DNA of 64,000 bases from an uncultured Quadrisphaera sp. (lineage in GTDB: Bacteria > Actinomycetota > Actinomycetes > Actinomycetales > Quadrisphaeraceae). A program made the position numbers and the translations under genes. Every line of letters starts with the position of its first letter. The first letter of the stretch is position 1. Below, piece by piece: positions 28,536 to 40,948 of the stretch. A model generated the notes under the pieces. It saw only the letters and a list, made by a program, of their open reading frames with translations, was not told the DNA's origin and ran no database searches. The DNA is taken from positions 34,085 through 98,084 of the forward strand of contig CAXTAK010000013.1 in NCBI GenBank assembly GCA_964242735.1, in the 5' to 3' direction.

Positions 28536-29036
28536 TCAGTACTCGGTGCGGTCGGCGCGCGCCGCCCACGCGGTGAAGGGCGCACCGGCGTCGGCGTGGG
28601 CGTGCTGGCGGACCGGCACGGCCCACTGCTCGCGGGGAGTGGTGAACAGGTCGTACAGGGCGCGGTCGTCGAAGCCGGCCGCGGCCGCGTCGTCGCGGTC
28701 CGCGGCGTAGACCACGCGCTCCACCCTGGCCCACAGAGCGGTCACCAGGCACATCGGGCACGGCTCGCAGGAGCTGACCAGCACGCACCCGGTCAGGCGG
28801 AAGTCCCCGAGCACCTGGCAGGCGCGCCGGATCGCGACCACCTCGGCGTGCGCGGAGGGGTCCAGGGTGGGCGTCACGAGGTTCACCCCGGTGGCGATCA
28901 CGACGCCGCCTCGGACCACCACGGCGCCGAAGGGGCCACCGCCGTCGGCGACGTTGTCCCGCGCCAGCTCCAGGGCGAGGCCGACCCAGGCCCGGTCCTG
29001 CGTGGAACTGCCCGCAGCCCCGTCACCGCCGCTCAC
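28536..29036 (-). CDS. Nucleoside/guanine deaminase (CMP/dCMP deaminase zinc-binding fold)
   Basis: HAE...AIR and the PCPMC zinc motifs are present. The GTG start overlaps the xanthine dehydrogenase stop (GTGA). Confidence 0.8.
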   Translation of the reverse strand: MSGGDGAAGSSTQDRAWVGLALELARDNVADGGGPFGAVVVRGGVVIATGVNLVTPTLDPSAHAEVVAIRRACQVLGDFRLTGCVLVSSCEPCPMCLVTALWARVERVVYAADRDDAAAAGFDDRALYDLFTTPREQWAVPVRQHAHADAGAPFTAWAARADRTEY

Positions 29037-31879
29037 CGGGCGACCCCGTGCCGCTCCAGCTCCAGCCACACCCGGTCCCGGCTCATCGGCAGGGCGGTGA
29101 AGCGGACGCCGGTCGCGTCGCGCACCGCGTTGGCCAGCGCCGGGGCGACGGGGTTGAAGGGGCTCTCCGACATCGACTTCGCCCCCCGCGGACCCAGCGC
29201 GTCGGCGGTGGCGGCGAAGAGCACCTCGGTGGCCACCGCGCCCTCCCCGTCGACCGCGCCGAGGGCGTCGGCCCACGTCGGCACGTGGTACCCGCGGAAG
29301 ACCGGGTTGACCACGTCGCCGCCGGCGTCCAGGCGCACCTCCTCGTACAGGGCGGCGCCGAGGGCCTGCACCACCCCGCCCTCGACCTGCCCGCGGCACT
29401 GCTCGGGGTTGATGACGGTGCCGGCGTCGGCGGCGTGCACGCTGCGCAGCACCCGCACCTCCCCGGTGCCCGGGTCCACGGCCACGCGGAAGGCCTGGAC
29501 GTCGAAGCTCACCGAGCGCGGCGACCCGCCCCACGACCCGGCCCCGACGAGGTCCTCACCGCGCTCGCGCGCGGCGGCGAGCACCGCGTCCAGCCCGCCG
29601 GGGGCGCGCCACCGGGCCACGCCCCACGCCGCGGCGACCTCGTCGAGGCGCTGCGCGAGGGCCGCCGCCGCGGCAGCGACCGCGCGACCGGCGACCACGG
29701 TGCCGGTCGACCCGTAGGCCCCGGTGTCGTGGGCGACGAGGTCGGTGTCGGAGCCGCGGAGCACCACCTGCCCGGCGCCGATCCCCAGGGCGTCGGCGGC
29801 GAGCTGCACGTGCACCGTGGAGGTGCCGTTGCCGAACTCCGCGGTGCCCACCGACAGCACCACCCGCGCGGCACCGCCTGTTGTGCCGGTGCTGCTGTCG
29901 AGCGTGCCGCAAGCGCCGCTCGGAGGAGCCGCGACCTCGGCGCGGGCGTGCGCGTGGTGCCCGCGCGGCGGCACGGTGTCGATCATCGACAGGGCCATCC
30001 CCTCCCCCACGAGCCACCCCGCCGGCGCGAGGCGGCGCGCGACGTCGCGGTCGCGGGCCATCGCGGCGTCCACGAGGTCGAGGCACTGGTCGAGCCCGTA
30101 CGACCCGTACTCCACGTCGCGGCCCTCGTCGCTGGTGGAGGTCATCGGGTCCCCGGGGACGACGACGTTGAGCCGCCGCAGCGCGTAGGGGTCCATGCCC
30201 AGGGCACGGGCGAGGTCGTCCAGGGCGGACTCCACGGCGAAGACCACCTGGCTCAGCCCGTACCCGCGGAAGGCCCCGGCGGGTGGGGTGGTGGTGTAGA
30301 CCGACCACCCCTCCACGGCCTTGTTCGCGCACCGGTACACCCCCAGGGACTCCCCGCAGCCGTGGAAGAGCACCCCGCCCGCGTGGTTGCCGTACGCCCC
30401 GGTGTCGGCGACCACCCGGAGCCGCATCGCGGTGAGCGTGCCGTCCGCGCGCGCCCCCAGGGTCACCCCCACGCTCATCGCGTGCCGGGTGGTGGTGGCC
30501 GCGAACTGCTCCGCGCGGGTCAGCTCGCACCGCACCGGGCGCCCGGTGCGCAGCGCGGCGAGCGCCACGACGTCCTCGATGATCATCTCCTGCTTGCCGC
30601 CGAAGCCACCGCCGACGCGCTCGGCGACCACGCGCACCTGCTCGCGGGGCAGGTCGAGCACCCCGGCGAGGGCGTCGCGCACCAGGAAGGGCACCTGCGT
30701 GGAGGTGCGGACGACGAGCCGGCCCGCCTGGTCCGTCCACGCCGTGGCCGCGAGGGTCTCCATCGCCGCGTGCGCGACCCGCTGCGAGCGGTAGGTGCCG
30801 GTGTGCACGACGTCGGCCGCCGCGAGGCCCGCTGGCACGTCGCCGAGGTGGCCGGTCACCCGTGCCGCGATGTTCCGCGCGGGGTCGGCGATGCGCGAGC
30901 CCTCGCCCTTGTCGCCGTGCACCGCCGGCGCGCCGGGCGCCATCGCCTCCTCCGCGTCGAGCACCGGGGGCAGCACCTCGTAGGTGACCGCGAGGGCCGC
31001 GACCCCGGCGTGGGCGGCGGCGGGGGTGTCGGCGACGACGGCGGCGACCCGCTGGCCGGTGAAGCGGACGACCCGGTCGAGCAGCGCGGTGTCGTCGGGG
31101 TCGTCGGTGGCGTGCTCGTGGCGGCCGGTGGAGTACAGCACCGCGGGCGCGTCGTCCGCGGTGAGCACGGTGACGACCCCCGGCACCGCCAGGGCGGCGG
31201 CGACGTCGACGGCGAGCACCCGGGCGTGGGCGTGGGGCGAGCGGGCCAGCACCAGGTGCAGCAGCCCGGTGCGTGACGGGTCGTCGGCAGACTCCCCCGG
31301 GGGATCGTCGAGGGTGAAGCGGGCCGCACCGGTGACCACGGCCGGTCCCGCGGGCGCCGGCACCGAGGTGCCCACCGCTGTGCCCCGCGCGGCGGTGCCG
31401 TCAAGGGCGCCAGCAGTGCCCACCCCGGTGGCGGGCAGGACGTTGCGGCGCCCGCAGACCGCGTCGCGCACCGAGCGGTACCCCGTGCAGCGGCACAGGT
31501 TGCCCTTGAACGCCCGGGGCAGGTCCTCGTGCTGGTCGGGCTCCAGGGCCGCCGCGGTCATCACGAACCCGGGGGTGCAGAACCCGCACTGGAACCCCTG
31601 GGCGGCGACGAAGGCCTCCTGCACGGGGTGCAGCCCGTCGCCGGGGACCGTGGCGGCCAGGCCAGCCGCGGTGGTCACCGACCTCCCCTGCGCGCGGGCG
31701 GCGGGGGTGATGCAGCTGTGCACCGCTGTGCCGTCGAGGTGCACCGTGCACGCCCCGCAGTCCCCCGCGTCGCACCCCTTCTTCACGGCGTTCGCGCCCG
31801 CCTCCCGCAGCCAGGTGCGCAGGCACTGCCCCGGGCGGGGTTCGTGGTCGCGCACGAGCCCGTCGACGGTGGCGCTCAT
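29033..31879 (-). CDS. Xanthine dehydrogenase family protein, fused [2Fe-2S] and molybdopterin-binding subunits
   Basis: The N-terminus has [11 protein letters not shown] and [11 protein letters not shown]...CRCTGY. This is followed by an aldehyde oxidase/XDH a/b-hammerhead and MoCo domains. 948 aa. Confidence 0.9.
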   Translation of the reverse strand: MSATVDGLVRDHEPRPGQCLRTWLREAGANAVKKGCDAGDCGACTVHLDGTAVHSCITPAARAQGRSVTTAAGLAATVPGDGLHPVQEAFVAAQGFQCGFCTPGFVMTAAALEPDQHEDLPRAFKGNLCRCTGYRSVRDAVCGRRNVLPATGVGTAGALDGTAARGTAVGTSVPAPAGPAVVTGAARFTLDDPPGESADDPSRTGLLHLVLARSPHAHARVLAVDVAAALAVPGVVTVLTADDAPAVLYSTGRHEHATDDPDDTALLDRVVRFTGQRVAAVVADTPAAAHAGVAALAVTYEVLPPVLDAEEAMAPGAPAVHGDKGEGSRIADPARNIAARVTGHLGDVPAGLAAADVVHTGTYRSQRVAHAAMETLAATAWTDQAGRLVVRTSTQVPFLVRDALAGVLDLPREQVRVVAERVGGGFGGKQEMIIEDVVALAALRTGRPVRCELTRAEQFAATTTRHAMSVGVTLGARADGTLTAMRLRVVADTGAYGNHAGGVLFHGCGESLGVYRCANKAVEGWSVYTTTPPAGAFRGYGLSQVVFAVESALDDLARALGMDPYALRRLNVVVPGDPMTSTSDEGRDVEYGSYGLDQCLDLVDAAMARDRDVARRLAPAGWLVGEGMALSMIDTVPPRGHHAHARAEVAAPPSGACGTLDSSTGTTGGAARVVLSVGTAEFGNGTSTVHVQLAADALGIGAGQVVLRGSDTDLVAHDTGAYGSTGTVVAGRAVAAAAAALAQRLDEVAAAWGVARWRAPGGLDAVLAAARERGEDLVGAGSWGGSPRSVSFDVQAFRVAVDPGTGEVRVLRSVHAADAGTVINPEQCRGQVEGGVVQALGAALYEEVRLDAGGDVVNPVFRGYHVPTWADALGAVDGEGAVATEVLFAATADALGPRGAKSMSESPFNPVAPALANAVRDATGVRFTALPMSRDRVWLELERHGVAR

Positions 31880-32727
31880 CGGGGACCCCCGTCGATGTCA
31901 CCGTCGACGTCGTGGCCGAGCTCGCCGGCGACCTCTGCCGCGGCGCGCAGGGCCATCGCCCGGCGCCAGGCAGGGTGCCCGTGGACGTCGTCGTGCCACA
32001 GGCCCGCGGGCACCGCGGCGTCCAGCGCGGCCGCCGCGCGCTCCGGCGGTGGTGACGTCGCCCAGCGCACCTGCACCGGGCGCCGCGTGGCCGCGGTCAC
32101 CGTCAGCACCACCTGACCGTCGACGTCGCGCCGGCCCACCACCAACGACGCGGACCGGCCCAGGGGGGTCAGGGAGTGCCGACGCACCGCCGTCGCCGCA
32201 GCCAGGGCCCCGTCGGGCAGGAGCACTTCGCGCAGCAGCTCACCGGGGGCGAGCGCGGTGGCGTGGTCCCCGGTGACCAGGTCGGCGACGGGCAGGTGGC
32301 GCACGCTCCCGTCGGCGGCCCACAGCTCCGCGACCCCGTCGAGGGCGGCCGCGAGGGAGACCACCGGGGCGGCGGGCAGGGCGGTGGCGATGTTGCCGCC
32401 GACGGTGGCCGCGCCCTGCACCTTCCACCCGGCGAGGAACGCGTCGCAGCACGCGGCGACGAGGCCGGCGGTGGGGTCGGGCGCGGTGGCGGCCCACGCG
32501 GTGAGCTCGGTGATGGTGGCGGTCGCGGCCACGTGCAGGCCGCCCGCGTCGCGCACCAGTGCTGGCCAACCCAGCCCGGTGAGGTCGAGCAGGCGGGTGG
32601 TGCCCGGTTGGGGCTCGGAGTACAGCCACGTGCCCCCCGCCAGCCACGCGTCGCCGGCGCGGTGCTCGCGCGCGGCACCGGCCGCGACGGCGGCGGGCTC
32701 CAGGGCGGTCACGGTGTGCAGGTCCAT
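31876..32727 (-). CDS. Xanthine dehydrogenase family FAD-binding subunit
   Basis: The AGGTWL and ATVGGNIA motifs are of the CO dehydrogenase flavoprotein type. Its stop overlaps the downstream ATG (ATGA). Confidence 0.85.
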   Translation of the reverse strand: MDLHTVTALEPAAVAAGAAREHRAGDAWLAGGTWLYSEPQPGTTRLLDLTGLGWPALVRDAGGLHVAATATITELTAWAATAPDPTAGLVAACCDAFLAGWKVQGAATVGGNIATALPAAPVVSLAAALDGVAELWAADGSVRHLPVADLVTGDHATALAPGELLREVLLPDGALAAATAVRRHSLTPLGRSASLVVGRRDVDGQVVLTVTAATRRPVQVRWATSPPPERAAAALDAAVPAGLWHDDVHGHPAWRRAMALRAAAEVAGELGHDVDGDIDGGPR

Positions 32728-32738
32728 CGCAGCGGATG

Positions 32739-33937
32739 CTAGGCGCCACCGGTGACACCCGGGGGGCGCCACGGCCGATCCGCGCGGGCGAGCGCCGGCG
32801 TCAGCGCGGCGGTCACCAGCAGGGACGTCGCGGCCACCAGCGCCATGGCCGAGCCCGCGCCGACCACCTCGGCGAGCGCGCCGGCGGCCAGCGCCCCGAG
32901 GCCCTGCATCCCGAGCACCCCCGAGGAGTGCAGGCCGAGCACCTGGCCCCTGGCCGTGGGCGGGGTCAGCGCCGGCCTGCTCCTGCAGGAGCAGGCCGGC
33001 GCTGAAGCCCGCGGAGGCGACAGCCACGAGCACCGCCGCCACGGGGATGCCGGGCCCCAGCGCGAGCACCAGGTACGGCGCGGCCAGCAGCACCCGGGTG
33101 GGGGTGATCAGGGCCCGCCGCCACAGCGCCGGGACGAGGCGGCCCACCACGGCGTCACCGGCGAGCATCCCTGCGGCCCCAGCGGCGAACAGCACCCCGG
33201 CGCCGGTGCCGGCGAACGGCACGAACAGCACCTCCGCGCCGACCACCAGCCCGTTGGGCACCCACAGCGCCAGGTACACCGCCGGGACGCCGGGCACGGC
33301 CCAGATCCGCCGGTTGCCGCGCCACGTCTCCCCCACCGACGCGCGCCCTGCGGCCCGCGGGGGCCGTCCGCGCAGACCGGTGCGCACCACGAGGGCGGCC
33401 ACGCCGTGCAGGCCCGCCGCGACCAGCAGGAGGGTGGTGGGTGGGGGCGATGCCCTGCAGCGCGAGGGCGGCGAGGGCGTTGGCGAGGACCTGCACGGCG
33501 CCGGTGACCACCTGCACCACGGAGCGCCCCAGCAGGTACCCCTGGGCGGGCAGGACCTCGCTGAGCAGTCCCCACCGCACCGCCCCCTGCAGCGAGCCGA
33601 GCACCCCTGAGGCGAGGACCACGGCGACGACCGCGACCACGGGCAGCCCCGGGCGGGCGAGGACGGCCAGCAGCAGGCCCGCCGCGGCGAGCAGCACGGT
33701 CAGCGCGGCCCGCGGTGGCACCCGGTCGGCGCGGCTCAGCAGCAGCGAGGCCCCCAGCAGGTGACCGAAGGCGGGCCCGAACACCGCCGCGGCCGACAGC
33801 AGCGGTGAGCCGGTGCGGGAGAAGACCAGGGTGGCGAGCGCCAGCCCGCCACCGACCCCGGCGGCGGCACCGAGGGTGGAGGAGACCAGCAGGGGCGCGA
33901 CGTCGGGCACGGCCAGCAGCTCCCGGTGGGTGCGCAC
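32739..33937 (-). pseudogene. MFS transporter read across three frames (two apparent frameshifts)
   Basis: About 400 codons of continuous MFS-like helices. The frame changes near 33425 (G5 run; ..LQGIAPP|TTLLLVAAG..). It changes again near 32965 (..LLLQEQAG|ALTPPTARGQVLGLHSSG..). Confidence 0.65.
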
Positions 33938-34004
33938 CGGATCACCCTGTGACCGCGCGTCGGCGGCTCCTGGAGTTTCGAGCTCGATCGAAGGGGTGGG
34001 TGTC

Positions 34005-34964
34005 GTGGGGGTGTGGCGGGTCACCGCGGACGTCCTCGCCGGCAGCCGCTTCGCCGTGTCACCGCTGGCCGAGACGGTGTGCGCGCTGATCGCCCTGCGC
34101 GGTCCCGGCGCCCAGCCGTGGGAGCGGGCGTGGCGGGCCGAGCACGCCGCCGCCTTCGCCCGGCGCGTCGACCAGGACCCCTTCGCGCACGTCCTGGTGC
34201 ACCAGGTGCTCGGGCGGGCGTGGGTGCCCGACCTCATCGCCGCCCCGCCGACGTCCCCCGAGCCCGGCGTCGACGACGAGCTGGCGCGGGTGCGGGCCAC
34301 GCCGCGGGACGTCGCCCTGGCCGATCTCGCCGTGCCGCTGGCCGGTCGACCGCTGCCTCCGGCGCTGCTGGTGCCCGACCCCGCGGGCGCGGTGGCGGAC
34401 CTGCTGGCGTGGGTGTGGGAGACCACCGTCGCCCCCGACTGGCGGCGGCGGCGGGTGCTGCACGCCGACGTCCTGCACCGCAGCACCTCGCTCGCCCAGC
34501 ACGGCTGGGCGGCCGCCCTGGGCGACCTCTCCCCCCAGGTCCGGTGGCTCGGCGACGGGCAGCTGCGGATCAACACCTCGCAGCGCCCGGCGCGGGACCT
34601 CTCGGGCGCGGAGCTGGTACTGGTGCCCGCCGGCACCACCCGCAGCTGGGTGTGCTGGGACCTGCCAGCGCGCTACGCCATCGTCCAACCCGCATCGGGG
34701 CAGCTGCTCGACCCCGGGGCGAGCGCGCCCGCGTCGCTGCGGCGCCTGATCGGGGCGAGTCGCGCCGACCTGCTCGGGCGGTCGGGGCACCCGATGACGA
34801 CCACGCAGCTCGTCGCCGTCACCGGACTGGCGCTGGGCACGGTCGGGCACCACCTGCGCACGCTGCACGAGAGCGGGCTCGTGCACCGGCGCCGCGCCGG
34901 CGCTGGCGTCCTGTACTACCGCAGCGAGCTGGGCGCGCAGCTGGTGGCGGGCGCGGGCCCTTGA
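34005..34964 (+). CDS. ArsR-type winged-helix transcriptional regulator with a long N-terminal domain
   Basis: The C-terminal HTH reads TTTQLVAVTGLALGTVGHHLRTLHESGLV. It is divergent from the MFS gene. The start could be any of GTG 33996, 34005 or 34011. Confidence 0.8.
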   Translation: MGVWRVTADVLAGSRFAVSPLAETVCALIALRGPGAQPWERAWRAEHAAAFARRVDQDPFAHVLVHQVLGRAWVPDLIAAPPTSPEPGVDDELARVRATPRDVALADLAVPLAGRPLPPALLVPDPAGAVADLLAWVWETTVAPDWRRRRVLHADVLHRSTSLAQHGWAAALGDLSPQVRWLGDGQLRINTSQRPARDLSGAELVLVPAGTTRSWVCWDLPARYAIVQPASGQLLDPGASAPASLRRLIGASRADLLGRSGHPMTTTQLVAVTGLALGTVGHHLRTLHESGLVHRRRAGAGVLYYRSELGAQLVAGAGP

Positions 34965-35039
34965 TCCCGCGACCGCGTCCTGTCACCCTCGACGGGCGCA
35001 CCGCGACGGAGCGGTGGCGCGGTACCGGCAGGAGACCTC

Positions 35040-35669
35040 GTGGCGCAGCACCGACCGTCATGGCGCCGACCCGGCGGCCCGCTCACCACGGTGGTGGTCG
35101 CTCTCGCGGGGACGGCGCTCCTGGCGGGGTGCGGGGCCGGTGGCACCGGAGCAGGCGCCTCGAGCTCCTCTGACGACCACGTGTCCAGCAGCGGGTCGGC
35201 GCTCTCCCGGGCGCGGCTGTACGGCTCCCTGCAGGAGCTGACCGCCGACAGCCCCGTGATCGTCGCGGGCACCGCCGGCGCGCAGGAGGTCGTCGCCGAC
35301 ATCACCCCCGGCCTGGACTTCACCCTGACGTCGTTCGAGGTGGGGGCGTCCGTCAGACCCGCGGGCGACCCCGTGGAGGGGCAGGACATCGTCGTCCGGC
35401 AGGTCGGGTCGGCGGACCAGGGCCTCCACGAACCCCTGCTGGTGGAGGGCCAGGTGTACCTGCTGTTCCTCACCCCCTCCGGACTGGACGGCGATCTCGC
35501 CTCCCACTACTACCCCGTGGGCGTCACCGCGGGCCTCTACGCCCTGCGGGACGCCGCCAGCCGTCCGCAGGACCGGGAGGCCTGGCGGTCGGTGGTCTTC
35601 GAGGAGCTGGCCCCAGCGCCGGGCGACGTGCTCCCCGACACCGTGACCGAGACCGACGTCACGGGCTGA
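35040..35669 (+). CDS. Putative lipoprotein
   Basis: A signal peptide with the lipobox LLAGC is followed by a Ser/Gly linker. Confidence 0.7.
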   Translation: MAQHRPSWRRPGGPLTTVVVALAGTALLAGCGAGGTGAGASSSSDDHVSSSGSALSRARLYGSLQELTADSPVIVAGTAGAQEVVADITPGLDFTLTSFEVGASVRPAGDPVEGQDIVVRQVGSADQGLHEPLLVEGQVYLLFLTPSGLDGDLASHYYPVGVTAGLYALRDAASRPQDREAWRSVVFEELAPAPGDVLPDTVTETDVTG

Positions 35670-35694
35670 GCGGGCCGGTGCAGACTCCTCCCGC

Positions 35695-35960
35695 GTGGAG
35701 CAGCGCATCAGCCTGATCACCCTCGGGGTGGCCGACCTGCCCCGGGCGCGGAGCTGGCGCACAACGTCCGGACTCCCGAGGACGTCGCGGTGGTCCTCGC
35801 CGAGGCGCAGCGCGCCGGCGGGAGCGTCGTGCGACCGGCGGCACGCGCGGAGTGGGGCGGCACCTCGGGGGCGTTCACCGACCTCGACGGTCACGTGTGG
35901 GAGGTCGCGCACGACCCGGGGTGGACCATCGCCGAGGACGGGTTCGTCCGCATCACCTGA
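35695..35960 (+). pseudogene. VOC (glyoxalase/bleomycin-resistance fold) family gene with an internal deletion and frame change
   Basis: The N-terminus VEQRISLITLGVADLPRAR (frame 1) joins directly to ELAHNVRTPEDV...WGGTSGAFTDLDGHVWEVAHDPGW (another frame). Roughly 40-45 central codons are missing. Confidence 0.6.
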
Positions 35961-36599
35961 TCCGCGGCAGCAGGGCTCCCCAGTGCCGGGCCGCCTGCGG
36001 TGGGTCCCCGGGATCCAGCGGTGATCCCAGCCCTCGCCGGCGCGACGCTCCTCGCTGTCGGGCTGCCCACGGGCACCGCCGTGGACCACCTCACCCGCCG
36101 GCCGGTGGAGGCAGGGCGCGCCCACCGAGGGACCCTGCTCCCCGAGCTCGACCCCCCGCCTCGGCGGGGTCCGTGCCGCCGGCTCCTGGACGTCCTCAGC
36201 TCCCCGGCCGTCTGTCGCCTCAGCAGAGGACCCGGATGCCCAGGAGGCGGTCAGTGCCCGAGCGCCGCAGGTGCGCCCTCGAGCGTCGGGGACGGCGCTC
36301 CGGGTTCCCGGGACGTCCAGGTGCGCCTCGGCCTCGCGCCACCGCGCCGCAGGCACCGGGTGACGTCCCGCCCGTCCAACCACGCAGGGCGCTCGCGCAC
36401 CCACACCCGACCGGCCTCGTCCCAGAGCCGGTCACCCTCGAGGCGCGAGCGCTCGGCAGGCACGGCGCCCACCGTGCCACGCCCAGCCCGGTCGCCACCC
36501 GCGGCCCACCGACCGGATCAGGACCCGTGGACGGGGCGCTGGTCGGTGTGGACCCCGAGCAGCGCCCCCCGCCCGCACCCCGGACCGTCCCGGGCCGGT

Positions 36600-38074
<1,475 letters not shown>

Positions 38075-38075
<1 letters not shown>

Positions 38076-39727
38076 CAGTCCTCCTGACGGATGGCGTAGA
38101 CGGGCTGCCAGATCGCGTCCTGCACGGCCTGGACGACGTCGTCGGGCACCACGGTGGCGACGCCGTCGGCGATGGCGGCCCGCACCACCGCGGCGGCGAC
38201 GATCGCCGAGGAGGCCCTCAGGTGCGCCACCGGCGGCACCAGCGGCGCCCCGGGGGTGGTGGGGTCGACCTGCCCCGCGACGGCGGCAGCAGCGGCGACG
38301 AGCATGGCCGGGGTGACGTGGGTCGCGCGCGCCACGATCGTGCCCAGGCCCAGTCCGGGGTAGAGCAGGGCGTTGTTCGCCTGCCCGATCTCGTAGCTGG
38401 TGCCCTCGTGGACCACGGGGTCCACCGGGATGCCGGTGGCGACCAGCGCCTTCGCACCGCTCCAGGCGATCACGTCCGCGGGCATCGCCTCGATCCTCGA
38501 CGTGGGGTTGGAGATGGGCAGGATCACGGGCCGGTCGACACCGGCGCACATCGCCTCCACGACCTGCTGGGTGAAGGCCCCGTGCACGGTGGAGGTGCCC
38601 AGCAGGATGGTGGGCTCGACGTGCTGGATCGTCGCCAGGAGGTCGGGCACGCCGTCCACGCCCCACGCCTCGACCTCGGCGGCCGGGCGGGCGTAGGCCT
38701 GCTGGAAGTCCCGCAGGTCGGCCGTGTCGTCGGTGAGCAGCCCCTGCTGGTCGACCAGCCACACCGCCCGGACGGCGTCCTCGGTGCTGGCGCCGTCGGC
38801 GACCATCGCGTCGCGCAGTGCGTCGGCGATCCCGCAGCCGGCGGTCCCCGCCCCGTAGACCACCAGGCGCTGGTCGCGGAAGGGCTGCCCGGTGACCCTC
38901 AGCGCCGAGATCACCGAGGCCAGCACGATCGCGCCGGTGCCCTGCACGTCGTCGTTGAAGATCCGGTAGGTGCCGGCGTTGTCGTCCAGGATCCGCCGGG
39001 CGTTGCTGGGCCCGAAGTCCTCGAAGTGGTACAGCGCGTTCGGGAACAGGTCGCTGACGGTGCTCAGGTACAGCGCGACGAAGTCGTCGTACTCGACCCC
39101 CGTCGTGCGGGAGTGCCGGTTGCCCAGGTACAGCGGGTCGTTGAGCAGCACCTGGTTGTCGGTGCCGCAGTCCAGGCCGACCGCGATCACCCGGCCGGGG
39201 TGGATGCCCGCGGCGGCGGTGTAGACCGCGAGCTTCCCGACGCAGATGTCGATGCCGTTGACGCCCCAGTCGCCGATCCCCAGGATCTCCTGCGCATCGG
39301 TGACCACGATCAGGTCCACATCGTCAGGGCCGAGCCCGAGCCCCTCGAAGGAGAGCCGGACCTGGTCGACGTGGTCGACGGACAGGTACACCCCGCGCGG
39401 GCGACGGTAGTCGGAGGAGTACTGCTGGATCGCGTCCCCGACCGTCGGGTCGTAGACGATCGGGTTCAGCTCCACGAGGTGGTCGGTCAGCAGCCGGTAG
39501 TACAGGACCTCGTTCCTGTCCTGCAGAGCGGCCATGAACAGGTTCTTGGCCAGGTCGTCCGGCTGCTCGAGGAGCCCGGCGTACGCCCGGGCCACCTGCT
39601 GCTCCAGGGTGGACACCGCGGCGGGCAGCCGACCGACCAGGCCGAGCTCGGTGCGCTCAGCAGTGGTGAAGGCGGTCCCGCGGCACCTCATCGGGTCGGT
39701 GAGCACGGGGGGGATCGTCATCGTCAT
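38075..39727 (-). CDS. NAD(P)-dependent malic enzyme (large, eukaryote-like type)
   Basis: RGTAFT..ER, FNDDVQGTG, GAGTAGCGIA and PISNPTS are malic enzyme motifs. Confidence 0.9.
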
Positions 39728-39925
39728 CGGAGGGCCTCGCTCAGGTGGGTGGGACGGGGGATCGATCGGACGGCGCGCGGGGGTCGTCAGAGGTGCGGTG
39801 CGCCTCGGCGTCGTCCACGAGTCCGAACGGTCCACTGGTCCAGGACCTCCACTCCACGCGGTGGTGGACAGGCTCCCGCGATGAGTGGACCATCGACCGC
39901 TGCTCGCCAGCGCTCAGACGGGTGG

Positions 39926-40948
39926 TCATGTGGTCAGCGCCAGCGTCAGGGGCAGCGTCCCCAGCAGCAGGACGGTGCTGATCACCAGCGCCGAGGCGAT
40001 CTGCTCGTCGTCGACGTCGTACTCCCGCGCGAGCAGCAGGGCCACCGTGGAGACGGGGAACCCGACGATCAGCACACCGGTCTGCACCACCTCGGTGGGC
40101 AGCCCCAGCGCCCGCCCCACGGCGAAGGTGACCAGCGGGCGCCCCACGACAGCCACCAAGGCGATGGTCACTGCCAGGCGCGTGAAGTGCGGCCTCCCCA
40201 TCGAGGCGACCACGACCCCCACGTACAGCAGGGCCAACCCGGAGGCGCCGGCACCGATCAGGTCGAGCCCGGAGGAGATGATCCCCGGGACGGGGATGCC
40301 GGCCAGGACGAGGACCAGGCCGCTCAGGGGCACCCAGGCGATCGGCTGCCGCAGCGCGGTGAGCACCGATGCTCCCACCACCTGCAGCGGGGAGGTACGC
40401 GCTGGCTCACCGCCACCACGAGCCGCGTCCTGCGCCCCACCACCGACGCTCGCGGCCGTGGGGACCGGCGCCTGCCGCTGCTGGTCGCGGCCGGTGCCGG
40501 CGAGGACCAGCGCCAACGGGACGAGCACGACGTTGACGAGGATGCCAGCTGCAGCGATCGGCACCCTGGCCTGGTCGGTGCCCAGGACCCCGCCGAGGAT
40601 GGGGATGCCCAGGAGGGCGAACGTCGGCTGGGTGCACGCCAGACCGACCAGGGCGCTCTCCAGCAGTGACCGGTGCAGGAGGTGGCGGAGCACCACCACA
40701 GCCGCGAGGTAGAACAGCAGCAGGCCGATCGCCAAGAGGACCATCAGGGGCAGCTGCTGCGTCAGCTCACTGCGGGAGGCGGCCACCGTGCCGGTGAACA
40801 GCGTCGTGGGGAGCGCGAACTTCAGGACGACGTCCTTCAGAGCGGTCAGCCGATCCCCGTCGAAGGCGTGCCGCCGGCCAGCCGCGTACCCGATCACGAT
40901 CACCACGAGGACCGGGAGGACGATCGTGGCCAGGTGAGCGACGCTCAC
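39926..40948 (-). CDS. AEC (auxin efflux carrier / malate permease-like) family transporter
   Basis: About 10 hydrophobic helices in two halves separated by a hydrophilic loop. The GTG start overlaps the upstream malic-enzyme stop (GTGA). Confidence 0.85.
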   Translation of the reverse strand: MSVAHLATIVLPVLVVIVIGYAAGRRHAFDGDRLTALKDVVLKFALPTTLFTGTVAASRSELTQQLPLMVLLAIGLLLFYLAAVVVLRHLLHRSLLESALVGLACTQPTFALLGIPILGGVLGTDQARVPIAAAGILVNVVLVPLALVLAGTGRDQQRQAPVPTAASVGGGAQDAARGGGEPARTSPLQVVGASVLTALRQPIAWVPLSGLVLVLAGIPVPGIISSGLDLIGAGASGLALLYVGVVVASMGRPHFTRLAVTIALVAVVGRPLVTFAVGRALGLPTEVVQTGVLIVGFPVSTVALLLAREYDVDDEQIASALVISTVLLLGTLPLTLALTT

